Part shown: positions 29,761 to 39,200 of the stretch, in pieces | How positions within the stretch are numbered: position 1 is the stretch's first letter | Layout of the letters: each line of letters opens with the position of its first letter | NCBI GenBank assembly: GCA_963668675.2 | Contig: CAXXMB010000002.1 | Location: forward strand, 2,336,001-2,400,000 | Direction: 5' to 3' | DNA length: 64,000 nt | Origin: an uncultured Desulfatitalea sp. | GTDB lineage: Bacteria > Desulfobacterota > Desulfobacteria > Desulfobacterales > Desulfosarcinaceae | Made by a program: the position numbers and the translations under genes | The notes under the pieces: generated by a model | What the model was told of the DNA's origin: nothing | Databases searched by the model: none | What the model saw: the letters and a program-made list of their open reading frames with translations, nothing else

Positions 29761-30249
29761 ATGAACAATCATCATGAACTTGAGCAGGCCCGGTTTATCT
29801 TCATCACTGGCCGCATGATCCATGAGCAGATATTAAAAGTACACAGCCGCCATCTGGCGAACAAGGCGACCAGCCTGGGTAGTGAGCTATCCGTGGCGCA
29901 GATGAATGCCATCACCATTGTCAGCAAGCATGGTCCACTCTCTATGGGGGTTCTGGCTGAGCAGTTGGGAATCACGGCGCCTTCGGCGTCGGCCATGGTG
30001 GATCGTCTGGTGGAGAAGGGGATTTTGCTGCGTGAGCACAGCAGCGAGGACCGCCGCAAAGTGGAGGTGCGCATTTCGCCAGAGGCGGTCAAGCAGATCG
30101 AGGCGGTCGAGGAGAGTCTGTTCAAGCTGTTTCAGGGGCTGGTGCAGAAATTGGGACCCGAGACCACCGAAAAATGGTGCGATGTGCTGGCTTCGATTCA
30201 AAAGGTTTTTTTGGAGGACGATGATTACGGCTTCGGCATGTCCGCTTAA
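29761..30249 (+). CDS. MarR family transcriptional regulator
   Basis: LSVAQ...SMGVLAEQLGITAPSASAMVDRLVEKG...DRR. Confidence 0.92.
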   Translation: MNNHHELEQARFIFITGRMIHEQILKVHSRHLANKATSLGSELSVAQMNAITIVSKHGPLSMGVLAEQLGITAPSASAMVDRLVEKGILLREHSSEDRRKVEVRISPEAVKQIEAVEESLFKLFQGLVQKLGPETTEKWCDVLASIQKVFLEDDDYGFGMSA

Positions 30250-30300
30250 GTTGCCACCGGTTAAGGATTCGGTGATGCAAAGTGCAGGAGAGGTGATGTG

Positions 30301-31638
30301 ATGAGTGTCCAGCCTGATCCCAACGCCAAGCGTGTTCCTCAACGCTATACGTTTAGGGTGGTGCTGTCCGTTTTGATTGTGCTGCTGGGTCTTTCCGGCT
30401 TCTTTGCCTTGGCCAATCTCAAGACGCCGCCGACTGAGGTGGAGAGCGGCGAACGCCCCTTGAAGGTCAAGGTGTTGCCGGTCAAATCGGCGTCGATTCC
30501 GGTCACCATCACCGGCTACGGCGAAGTAAGGACGGTCAAGGCGGTGAACCTTTCGGCCGAAGTGGCCGGACGGGTGGTGGCCGTTCATCCCCGGTTGCGG
30601 GTGGGGGAGTTGATTGCTGCCGATGAGCTGTTGTTTCAGATCGATGAGCGCAACTATGCCGCTGCCACTGCCCAGAGTCGAGCTGAGGTGGCCCAGATGG
30701 CCAGTGTGGTGGCGCGATTGGAGAAGCAGTCCCGCACCGACACCCAGCGGCTCAAGACCCTTGAGCGAAGCAGGGATCTGGCCCGGGCCGAGTTTGGGCG
30801 TGTCCGCGATCTGCTGACCGAGCACAAGGTGGGCACCCGTTCGAGTGTGGATCGGGCCGAGCAGGCATACAATGCGGCTGTGGATCAGGCCGATCAGATG
30901 GCCCAGGCCGTCTCCCTCTATCCCATCCGCATCAAAGAGGCCAAAAGCAGCCTGGCAGCGGCCAGGGCGCGTCAGCAGCAGGCCAGGGCCAACCTGGAAC
31001 GCTGTGAAATTCGAGCGCCTTTTGGCGGCCGGCTGACCATGGCCAATGTTGAGCAGGGTCAGTACGTCTCTCCCGGGCAACCGCTGGTGACCATGGCTGA
31101 CGACCGCCTTTTGGAGATTCAGGTGCCCCTCGACAGCCGGGATGTGCGCCAATGGTTGCGTTTTACTGCTGAACCAACCCCGAAAAGCCAGGCATGGTTC
31201 GGGCAGCCGGAGCCGGTGGCCTGTCCGATCCGCTGGACCGATGATAAGCAGGGACAAGCGTGGACCGGGCGGTTGCACCGCATCGTGGCGTATGACCAAA
31301 AGACACGTACGATCACGGTAGCGGTGAGGGTATCGGCGGCCAACGCCGTTTCGGACAGCGGCGGGCTGCCCCTGGTCGAGGGGATGTTCTGTGCCGTGGA
31401 GATTCCCGGACGAACTCTGCCGAACGCCTTCGCCGTGCCGCGAGCGGCGGTGAGTTTTAAAAATACGGTGTTCATGGCGATGGAGCGGCGGCTCAAGACG
31501 GTGGCTGTGACGGTGGCCCGGGTGGATGGCGACCACGCCTATATCACAGGCGGCTTGAAGGAGGGGGACACGGTAATTGTCACCCGTCTGGTCGATCCAC
31601 TGGAGAACAGCCTGCTGGAGGTGATGCCCGGCAGCTGA
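30301..31638 (+). CDS. RND efflux membrane fusion protein
   Basis: N-terminal TM, AEVAGRV, coiled-coil hairpin, IRAPFGG, GQYVSPG, GLKEGDTVI. Confidence 0.92.
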   Translation: MSVQPDPNAKRVPQRYTFRVVLSVLIVLLGLSGFFALANLKTPPTEVESGERPLKVKVLPVKSASIPVTITGYGEVRTVKAVNLSAEVAGRVVAVHPRLRVGELIAADELLFQIDERNYAAATAQSRAEVAQMASVVARLEKQSRTDTQRLKTLERSRDLARAEFGRVRDLLTEHKVGTRSSVDRAEQAYNAAVDQADQMAQAVSLYPIRIKEAKSSLAAARARQQQARANLERCEIRAPFGGRLTMANVEQGQYVSPGQPLVTMADDRLLEIQVPLDSRDVRQWLRFTAEPTPKSQAWFGQPEPVACPIRWTDDKQGQAWTGRLHRIVAYDQKTRTITVAVRVSAANAVSDSGGLPLVEGMFCAVEIPGRTLPNAFAVPRAAVSFKNTVFMAMERRLKTVAVTVARVDGDHAYITGGLKEGDTVIVTRLVDPLENSLLEVMPGS

Positions 31639-31675
31639 TCGCACCTGCATGGGGATAAATTGAGAGAGGCTATCG

Positions 31676-34600
31676 ATGAAACGTCTCCTGGCGGCTTTTG
31701 CCCGCAATACGGTTTTCGCCAACATCATGCTGGCGCTGATGTTCATGGCCGGTGGCCTGACCACTTGCTCGATGACGCGGGAAAATTTTCCCGAGTTTTC
31801 CCTGGACATGATCCTCATCAACGTACCCTTTCCCGGGGCCGATCCCGAAGAGGTCGAGGAGGGGGTCAGCCGCAAGATCGAAGAGGCGCTAGAGGGGCAA
31901 GAGGGGATCAAGCTGATCGTCACCCACTCGGCCGAAAATATCAGCACCACACGTATCGAAGTTCATGAGAATTACGACATCGATGAGGTTCTGGACGAAG
32001 TACGTACCAAGATCAACGCCATCTCTTCCTTTCCGGTGGATGCCGAAAAGCCGGTGATCGAAGAGCTCAGCATATTGGACCCGGTGGTCTTGCTCTACCT
32101 GTCGGCGGAGATGTCAGAACGGCGCATCAAGGAGTGGGCCGAGCAGTTCAAGGATGAGATCCAGCAACTGCCCGAGATATCGCGGGTCACCGTCTTCGGA
32201 ACGCGCGACTACGAAATCGGCATCGAGGTGTCCGAGGAGCATCTTCGTCGCTACGGGCTCAGTTTCGACCAAGTGGCGGCCGCTGTGCGGCGCAGCAACC
32301 TGAACATGGGTGGCGGCACTATCCGTACCATGGGTGAGGAGATCCGGCTGCGCACCATGGGGCGCAGGTACACGGATACGGAGTTGGCCGGTATTGTGGT
32401 AATGGCCCGTCCCGACGGCCAGATCATTACCCTGGACCGCGTGGCCGACATCAAGGACGACTTCAGTGAAGATCCTATCGCCAGCCGGATCAACGGCGAA
32501 CCGGCCGTGATCCTGAACGTGTTCAAGACATCGGAGGAGGACGCGCTGGCCATCTCCAAGGCGGTCCACGCCTATATCGAAGAGCGGCAGACCCAGCTGC
32601 CGGAGGGGGTCAGCCTCGAAGTGCTCTACGACACCACCGAGATGCTGAGGGCGCGCATCAACCTGATGGTCAAAAACGGAATGATCGGCATGTTCATCGT
32701 TTTCTCCCTGCTATACATCTTCCTCAATGCACGCCTTTCGTTCTGGGGCGGGATGGGCATCCCCATCTCCATCGCCGGGGCCATGGTGATTTTGTGGAGC
32801 CTGGGTGCGACCATCAATATGATCTCCCTCTTCGGCTTTATCATGGTGCTGGGGGTGGTGGTGGACGACGCCATCGTGGTGGGCGAGGCGATCTATGTGC
32901 ATCGTAAACAGGGCCAGCCTGCGCTGATAGCGGCCGTGGAGGGTGTCAGCGAGGTGGGCATGCCGGTGGTGGCGGCCGTCCTGACGACCATCGTCGCCTT
33001 CGTGCCCCTGCTCTATGTGGGTGGCATCATGGGCAAATTCATTGCGATCATGCCGGTGGTGGTGATCGCATGCCTGGCCGTATCGCTGGTGGAGTGCCTG
33101 CTGCTGCTGCCGGCCCACTTGAGCCACCTGCCCGACCCGAACAGGGCCAACGGGCAGCTCAACCCGGTGACACGGCGCTTGGAGCGCATCCATCGGGCCA
33201 CCTCCAGCGGAATGGAGTGGTTCGTCGAACGGATCTATACGCCTTTTTTGAGAAAGGCGCTGAACTGGAGATACATCTCCCTCTCAACGGCCATCGCCAT
33301 CCTCTTCATCAGTCTCGGCCTGGTGGTCAGCGGTATCCTGAAATTCGAGATGTTGCCCGACATAGACGGCTTTATCATGACCGCCACCGTGGAGTACCCC
33401 AGTGGCACCCCGGCAGATGTGACCGCCGATACACTGGATCGCATCGAAGCGGCCATGATGCGCCTCGAGGAGAAGACCCCGACCCTGAGCGGCGAGCCGC
33501 TGATCGAGGATCGCCTCACCCTGGTGGGCCAGACCCTGGAGGATATACCGCGCGTCGGGCCGCATCTGGGGTCGGTTCAGGCCATCCTGCTAGATTCGGA
33601 GCTGCGCGGCGTACATGCCAAAAAGTTAATGTCGATGTGGGAGGAGGAGATCGGGTTGATTCCCGGCATCAAGTCCCTCACATTCACCGGTCTGAACGCC
33701 GGCCCGCCTGGAGATCCCATCGAGGTGTGGATCCAGGGCCACAAGATGGCGGACATCATGGCTGCTTCCGACGACCTGATGGCACGTCTTCATAAATTTG
33801 ACGGCGTCTATCAGATCCGGACGGACTTCTCCCCGGGCAAGAACGAGATTCGACTGGCGCTCAAGCCTGAAGCCCACACCCTCGGCTTGACGGTCGACGA
33901 TCTGGCCCGACAGATCCATGCCGGTTATTTCGGCCGTGAGGCCTTGAGGCTGCAGCGGGGGCGCGACGATGTGCGCGTCAAGGTGCGTTATACGGCCGAT
34001 GAACGCAGCCGGTTGTCGGATCTGAACCATGTGCGTATTCGCACCGCCAACGGCCTCGAAGTGCCGCTTACCTCCGTGGCCGAATTGACCTATGCACCCG
34101 GCTATGCGACCATCAATCGGGCCGACGGCATGCGCAGGGTGATGGTGAGCGCAGGCGTGGACAACACCAAGGCCAACGCCAACGAGATTTTCGGTGAGCT
34201 CAACCACTCCTTCTTTCCACAGCTGATGCGCAAGTATCCCGGATTGCGGGTGTCGATGCAGGGCGAGCAGAAGAAGATGCGAGAAGCGTTCACCCCCTTG
34301 AGTATCGGCTATCCCATGGCGATGTTGGGCATCTTCATCATCATCGCCACCATCTTTCGATCCTACCTGCAGCCGTTCGTGATCATGTTTACCGTGCCGT
34401 TCGGCATTATCGGCGCTATTTTGGGCCATCTGCTGATGGGGTACGATTTTTCCATGATGAGCGCCTTTGGTATGGTGGCCCTCACCGGAGTGGTGGTTAA
34501 CGACGCCATTGTGATGATCGAACGCATCAACGAAAATCTGGCCGAAGGCATGCCTTTTTTCGAAGCCCTGGTGTCCGGCGGGGCCAGGCGCTTTCGGGCT

Positions 34601-34888
34601 GTCTTTCTCACCACGGTCAGCACCGTGGGCGGCTTGGCACCGTTGATCATGGAGACCGATTTTCAGGCCAAGTTCCTGATTCCCATGGCACTCTCCCTGG
34701 CGGCCGGCGTCGCCTTTGCCACCGTGTTGACGCTGGTAATGATTCCGAGCCTGCTGGCCATTCTAAATGACTTTCGCCGCGTGGTCCGTCGCCTGACGAC
34801 CAAGCGGTGGCCGACCCGTGAAGAGGTTGAACCGTCTGCCGGTCGCAGAAGCGTCGAGAAGATGTTTTACGAAACACCCATCAATTAA
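31676..34888 (+). CDS. RND efflux permease (AcrB/AcrD/AcrF family)
   Basis: 1070 aa; FPGADPEEVE, LGVVVDDAIVVGE, GVVVNDAIV, RFRAVFLTT, PMA. Confidence 0.95.
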   Translation: MKRLLAAFARNTVFANIMLALMFMAGGLTTCSMTRENFPEFSLDMILINVPFPGADPEEVEEGVSRKIEEALEGQEGIKLIVTHSAENISTTRIEVHENYDIDEVLDEVRTKINAISSFPVDAEKPVIEELSILDPVVLLYLSAEMSERRIKEWAEQFKDEIQQLPEISRVTVFGTRDYEIGIEVSEEHLRRYGLSFDQVAAAVRRSNLNMGGGTIRTMGEEIRLRTMGRRYTDTELAGIVVMARPDGQIITLDRVADIKDDFSEDPIASRINGEPAVILNVFKTSEEDALAISKAVHAYIEERQTQLPEGVSLEVLYDTTEMLRARINLMVKNGMIGMFIVFSLLYIFLNARLSFWGGMGIPISIAGAMVILWSLGATINMISLFGFIMVLGVVVDDAIVVGEAIYVHRKQGQPALIAAVEGVSEVGMPVVAAVLTTIVAFVPLLYVGGIMGKFIAIMPVVVIACLAVSLVECLLLLPAHLSHLPDPNRANGQLNPVTRRLERIHRATSSGMEWFVERIYTPFLRKALNWRYISLSTAIAILFISLGLVVSGILKFEMLPDIDGFIMTATVEYPSGTPADVTADTLDRIEAAMMRLEEKTPTLSGEPLIEDRLTLVGQTLEDIPRVGPHLGSVQAILLDSELRGVHAKKLMSMWEEEIGLIPGIKSLTFTGLNAGPPGDPIEVWIQGHKMADIMAASDDLMARLHKFDGVYQIRTDFSPGKNEIRLALKPEAHTLGLTVDDLARQIHAGYFGREALRLQRGRDDVRVKVRYTADERSRLSDLNHVRIRTANGLEVPLTSVAELTYAPGYATINRADGMRRVMVSAGVDNTKANANEIFGELNHSFFPQLMRKYPGLRVSMQGEQKKMREAFTPLSIGYPMAMLGIFIIIATIFRSYLQPFVIMFTVPFGIIGAILGHLLMGYDFSMMSAFGMVALTGVVVNDAIVMIERINENLAEGMPFFEALVSGGARRFRAVFLTTVSTVGGLAPLIMETDFQAKFLIPMALSLAAGVAFATVLTLVMIPSLLAILNDFRRVVRRLTTKRWPTREEVEPSAGRRSVEKMFYETPIN

Positions 34889-34911
34889 CAAAAGGTTCAG
34901 GAGTACGGATT

Positions 34912-36354
34912 ATGAAGGCAATTTTGTACAGAATGGCGTTGGCCATGTTGTGTGCGGTGATGCTTTTTACGATGACGCCCTCTTCCGCCAATGCGGCCGG
35001 GAGTGACACAACTGGCCCTGCCGAAGCGTTGAAGGGCGTCAATATCCTTGATCTACAAACCGCTGCCCGGATCGCCCTGGCCGGCAACCCCTCCCTGGCG
35101 GCGGCCCAGGCCCGGGTGCTACAGGCCAGGCAGGCGGTCAGGCAGGCCCAGGCGCCATACTATCCCCAGATCGATGCCAGGGCCGGCTATTCACGGATGG
35201 ATCTTTCTGATACCGAAATGGATACGCAACGGCAGAGTTACGACCTTATTCGAAATTTGTATCCACCAGGTACGGTTCCGTCATTCGATTCTGTCTACAC
35301 CAATCCGGAAGATTATTACTCGGCAAGCCTCACCGCCACCTGGCTTGTCTTCGACGGCCTGGCCCGGGAGTTCACCCTGGCCGCGGCGCGTTACGGAGAG
35401 AAGGCCAGCATGGCCGCGAAGGACGATGCCCAGCGCCTGCTCCTGTCGGCAGTGACGATCGCCTATCTGCAATCCCAACTGGCCCTCGAGAATGTGGCCA
35501 TTGCCAAGGAGGACGAGGCGTTTAACCAGCGGCAGCTGGTCGAGGCGCGTCTGCGCTACGAGGTGGGCACCGGGGCGTTGAGCGATGTGCTCAACTTCCA
35601 GGTGCGGGTCAACAGCGCCAAGAGCGCCCGCATCCAAGAGGAGAGAGGCTACCGTGCAGGCTTGGCCAGCCTGGCGGCTCTGCTGGGGCTGCCCGAGGGG
35701 CGCCTGCCCGGCCACGTGAATCTTGCCCAGCTGTCGCCGACCACTTCCCGGGAGTTGGCAGAGCCCAACGGATCCGATCAGGTGGCGCTTGCCCTGAGCC
35801 TGAGGCCCGATCTGAAGCGGTTTGACTGGGGCGTCAAGCAGGCCGACGCCGGTGTGAAAACTGCCCGGGCGGGCTACTACCCCACCATCGCCCTCTCCGC
35901 TGCGTACGAAGGCGAGCGATCGGAAGATATCGATTTTGAAAGCGATGATTTCGGCAATTCGGTTGGTGTGGGGCTCACCTGGAACCTTTTTGCCGGCGGT
36001 TTGACGCGGGCGCGCACGAGTGAGGCCAAGGCGCGGCTCTACGAAACGGAGAAACTGCGCGACGACAGCCGGGTGCAGGTGGCTTCGGATATTCAAAAAA
36101 TCGTCACCGAAATCGAGGCCGCCCAGGGCGTGCTCCGTCTGCAGGAGACCAACACCGCCCTGGTCCAGCAGCAGCGTGACCTGGTGGAGAAAGAGTACAA
36201 GGCGGGCGTGGGGTCGCTGGTGAGATTGAACCAGGCCCAGCGCGATCTCAACGTCTCATATTCCCAGTTGGCCCTGGCCCGTGTGGCCCTCCGGGTCTCC
36301 TGGTACAATTTGCAGACCGCAACCGGAGAGATTTTGGAGACGTTTAAGCAGTAG
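34912..36354 (+). CDS. TolC family outer membrane efflux protein
   Basis: Signal peptide; two OEP repeats (NPSLAAA..YYPQI; RPDL..YYPTI). Confidence 0.92.
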   Translation: MKAILYRMALAMLCAVMLFTMTPSSANAAGSDTTGPAEALKGVNILDLQTAARIALAGNPSLAAAQARVLQARQAVRQAQAPYYPQIDARAGYSRMDLSDTEMDTQRQSYDLIRNLYPPGTVPSFDSVYTNPEDYYSASLTATWLVFDGLAREFTLAAARYGEKASMAAKDDAQRLLLSAVTIAYLQSQLALENVAIAKEDEAFNQRQLVEARLRYEVGTGALSDVLNFQVRVNSAKSARIQEERGYRAGLASLAALLGLPEGRLPGHVNLAQLSPTTSRELAEPNGSDQVALALSLRPDLKRFDWGVKQADAGVKTARAGYYPTIALSAAYEGERSEDIDFESDDFGNSVGVGLTWNLFAGGLTRARTSEAKARLYETEKLRDDSRVQVASDIQKIVTEIEAAQGVLRLQETNTALVQQQRDLVEKEYKAGVGSLVRLNQAQRDLNVSYSQLALARVALRVSWYNLQTATGEILETFKQ

Positions 36355-36521
36355 TCGATGCCATCAGGCTCTCTTTTAACTGTCCGGGCGCTCTCGCACC
36401 GGGCTGCACCGTCACCCTGTGAAAGCGCAGCAACGGATACAGCAATCGGCCAGGCCTCGGTTGAAACGGCTGCAACAGGGTGCTGATTGCCGCGGCGAAG
36501 CGCTAGGCCGCGTCTATTTCG

Positions 36522-36818
36522 TTACTCGCTGAATCCGTAGTGGTAGATTTCGTACTTGGTCTGGCCGCCCAGAAGGGCGTCTATTTTCTCCTGGATCTGC
36601 TGTCGCTCGGGGCTTTTAAGCCATTTGATCCAGGCCTCTGAAGACTGCCAACTGCTGATGACGAGAAACTCTTCACTGTTGTTCAGGTTTCTCAGCGTCT
36701 CCCCGGAAATGTAGCCGTCCTGATTCATGGCCAGGGCGCGCATCTGCCTGAACAGAGGTATCATCTCTCGAGCTTTGTTTTCCGGAACGACTCTTTTGAT
36801 CAGGGCTTTTACTGCCAT
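36522..36818 (-). CDS. Antibiotic biosynthesis monooxygenase (ABM) domain protein
   Basis: QDGYISGETL, VISSWQS.EAW..W..SPER; GAGGAGG RBS. Confidence 0.85.
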   Translation of the reverse strand: MAVKALIKRVVPENKAREMIPLFRQMRALAMNQDGYISGETLRNLNNSEEFLVISSWQSSEAWIKWLKSPERQQIQEKIDALLGGQTKYEIYHYGFSE

Positions 36819-37238
36819 AAGAACCTCCTCGGGCTTGGGGTTGACGGAGCCGGCCTTGGCAGGTATTGCATCACTTAGAGGTCAATAGCGTTCGGTGCGC
36901 CGAAAGGCACTGCGGTCGCTGGCAGGTCAGATGGGTATCGGCCGATATTGTCCGGTGCCACTTTTGATTACGTATTCACTATAAGTGCAGCTTCCCAATG
37001 AAGTCAAAGGCAAAGTTCAGACCCTGTGCGCTCTCTGTCTTCCCCATGGACTCAATGTGCCATGAGACCCTTTTTGGAACAGATTCATAACTTTGCTTGA
37101 TAAGCATCTTCGGAGCCATTAAACTATAAGGGTTGCCGTACGCGCACGCGTTGCGACACTTCGATGATGCTTAAGGGTAAATTGAGGCGCTTTTCTATGT
37201 GGTTATAGATTTGAGGGACGATGGAGAAGGAGAGAAAG

Positions 37239-37745
37239 ATGCAGATTCTTGTGCTTTACTATTCCAAGGGTGGAAACACGCGCCGTTTGGCCGAAGCCGT
37301 CGCCGAAGGCGCCGGTCAGGTGGAGGGGGCCCAGGTTCTGCTTCGCCGCACCGACGAAGTGAGCCGGGACGATTTCGTACAGAGCATGGCCGTCATTGCC
37401 GGATCGCCCGTCTATTTCGGAAGCATGGCAGCACCGCTGAAGAAGGTGCTGGACGACTACGTTGGGGTTCGTAGGGGGATGGAGAATAAGATTGGAGCCG
37501 CCTTTGCTACATCGGGAGATCCCACTGGCGGCAAGGAGACCACCTTGATGTCGATTCTCCAGGCACTCTTGATTTACGGCATGATCATCGTCGGAGACCC
37601 GCTTTCGGCCACCGGCCATTACGGCGTTGCCTGTGTCGGGGCGCCCGATACCGGAACCGTTGAGAATGCACGCAAGATGGGTCGCCGGGTGGCCGAGTTG
37701 GCCAAGGTGATCAACGACAACCATCTGGTGGTCGACGCAAAGTAA
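37239..37745 (+). CDS. Flavodoxin-like NAD(P)H-dependent oxidoreductase (WrbA-like)
   Basis: YYSKGGNT FMN-binding loop, GSPVYFG, GGKET. Confidence 0.88.
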   Translation: MQILVLYYSKGGNTRRLAEAVAEGAGQVEGAQVLLRRTDEVSRDDFVQSMAVIAGSPVYFGSMAAPLKKVLDDYVGVRRGMENKIGAAFATSGDPTGGKETTLMSILQALLIYGMIIVGDPLSATGHYGVACVGAPDTGTVENARKMGRRVAELAKVINDNHLVVDAK

Positions 37746-37778
37746 CCGTCCTGGCCTCCCTGAGGAAAGGAGCGTCGT

Positions 37779-39182
37779 TTGCCATCATCCAATCCGTCTC
37801 GATCAACCCGATTCGATGTCATCATTGTCGGCGCAGGGCCGGCAGGCCTCTTTGCGGCCTATTGGCTTAGCGAACATTCCGGTGTGAAAGTCCTGCTGGT
37901 TGACAAGGGCAAGCCGTCCCATCGAAGGGCGTGCCCGATGACGTCGGGGGGGCAGTGCCGCCGCTGCAAACCGTGCAACATCCTATGCGGTATTGGCGGG
38001 GCGGGCCTCTTTTCAGACGGCAAGCTCAACTACATTGAACGGCTCGGCAAGACCGACCTGACCCAATTCATGCCACAGGAGGCGGCCCAGGCGCTGATCG
38101 CAGAGACCGAATCGATCTTTAACCGCTTCGGCATGGACGGGCCGGTCTATCCGACGGATATGGATGCTGCCCAACAGCTGCGCAAGGTGGCCAAGCGCTT
38201 CGGCATCGAACTGTTGATCATCAAGCAGAAGCATCTGGGCAGCGACCGTCTGCCGGACCATATTTCCGGCATGGTCGACCATCTGCGATCCAGAGGAGTG
38301 GTGATCCACAGCTCCGAAGAGGTACGCGATATTTTGGTTGAAAACGGGCGGGTGAGTGGCATCGAGACCCAGCGCAAGTCCTACCGGGCCCCCCATGTCA
38401 TACTGGCCCCCGGCCGCGCCGGCGCCGAATGGATGGGACGTGTGGCCTCCCGATTCGATCTGGGTTTGCAGCAACGCGGCATCGAGGTGGGTGTGCGCGT
38501 GGAGGTCGCCAACGACATTTTGCAGGACCTTTGCAAGATCATCTACGATCCGACCTTTTTCATTCAAACATCCAAGTATGACGATCAGACCCGCACCTTT
38601 TGCACCAATCAGGGGGGGTATGTGGCCCTGGAGAACTACAGCCGCTTTGTCTGTGTCAATGGCCATGCCTACCAAGCCCGCAAGTCCCAGAACACCAATT
38701 TCGCCTTTCTGTCCAAAGTGGTGCTCACCGAGCCGGTGACCGACAATCAGGCATACGGCGAGTCGATCGGCCAGTTGGCCACCCTCATCGGCGGCGGCAA
38801 GCCGATCCTGCAGCGTTTCGGGGATCTGAAACGGGGCCGCCGCAGCACATGGCATCGCATCGACAAGGGTTACATCCGCCCCACCCTGACCAATGTGGTG
38901 TGCGGCGATATCGCCATGGCACTGCCCGAGCGCATACTCACCAATCTGATTGAAGGGTTGGAGCAGCTCAACCGTGTGGTTGTTGGTGTTTCCAACGATG
39001 AAACCCTCCTCTATGCACCTGAAATAAAGTTTTTTGCTACCCAGGTGGAGACCGATCACAATCTGGAGACCAGGGTAGGAGGGCTTTACGTGGCAGGGGA
39101 TGGACCCGGAGTGGCCGGCAACATCGTTTCAGCCAGTGCCACCGGCCTGATTCCGGCCAAGGCAATTCTGAATGGACCCTGA
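37779..39182 (+). CDS. Uncharacterised FAD-dependent oxidoreductase (COG2509-like)
   Basis: GAGPAG Rossmann motif, Cys cluster, GGAGLFSDGKL, RTFCTN, VNGH, YAPEIKF, GDGPG. Confidence 0.88.
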   Translation: MPSSNPSRSTRFDVIIVGAGPAGLFAAYWLSEHSGVKVLLVDKGKPSHRRACPMTSGGQCRRCKPCNILCGIGGAGLFSDGKLNYIERLGKTDLTQFMPQEAAQALIAETESIFNRFGMDGPVYPTDMDAAQQLRKVAKRFGIELLIIKQKHLGSDRLPDHISGMVDHLRSRGVVIHSSEEVRDILVENGRVSGIETQRKSYRAPHVILAPGRAGAEWMGRVASRFDLGLQQRGIEVGVRVEVANDILQDLCKIIYDPTFFIQTSKYDDQTRTFCTNQGGYVALENYSRFVCVNGHAYQARKSQNTNFAFLSKVVLTEPVTDNQAYGESIGQLATLIGGGKPILQRFGDLKRGRRSTWHRIDKGYIRPTLTNVVCGDIAMALPERILTNLIEGLEQLNRVVVGVSNDETLLYAPEIKFFATQVETDHNLETRVGGLYVAGDGPGVAGNIVSASATGLIPAKAILNGP

Positions 39183-39200
39183 TTGGGAGCGGTATCGTCC

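Noticed and set aside
29887..31950. 687-aa minus-strand ORF
   Set aside because: Antisense shadow over the marR, MFP and RND genes; no recognisable domain
36856..36870. TTGGCAGGTATTGCA as a sigma54 promoter
   Set aside because: GG-to-GC spacing is 8 nt rather than the required 10
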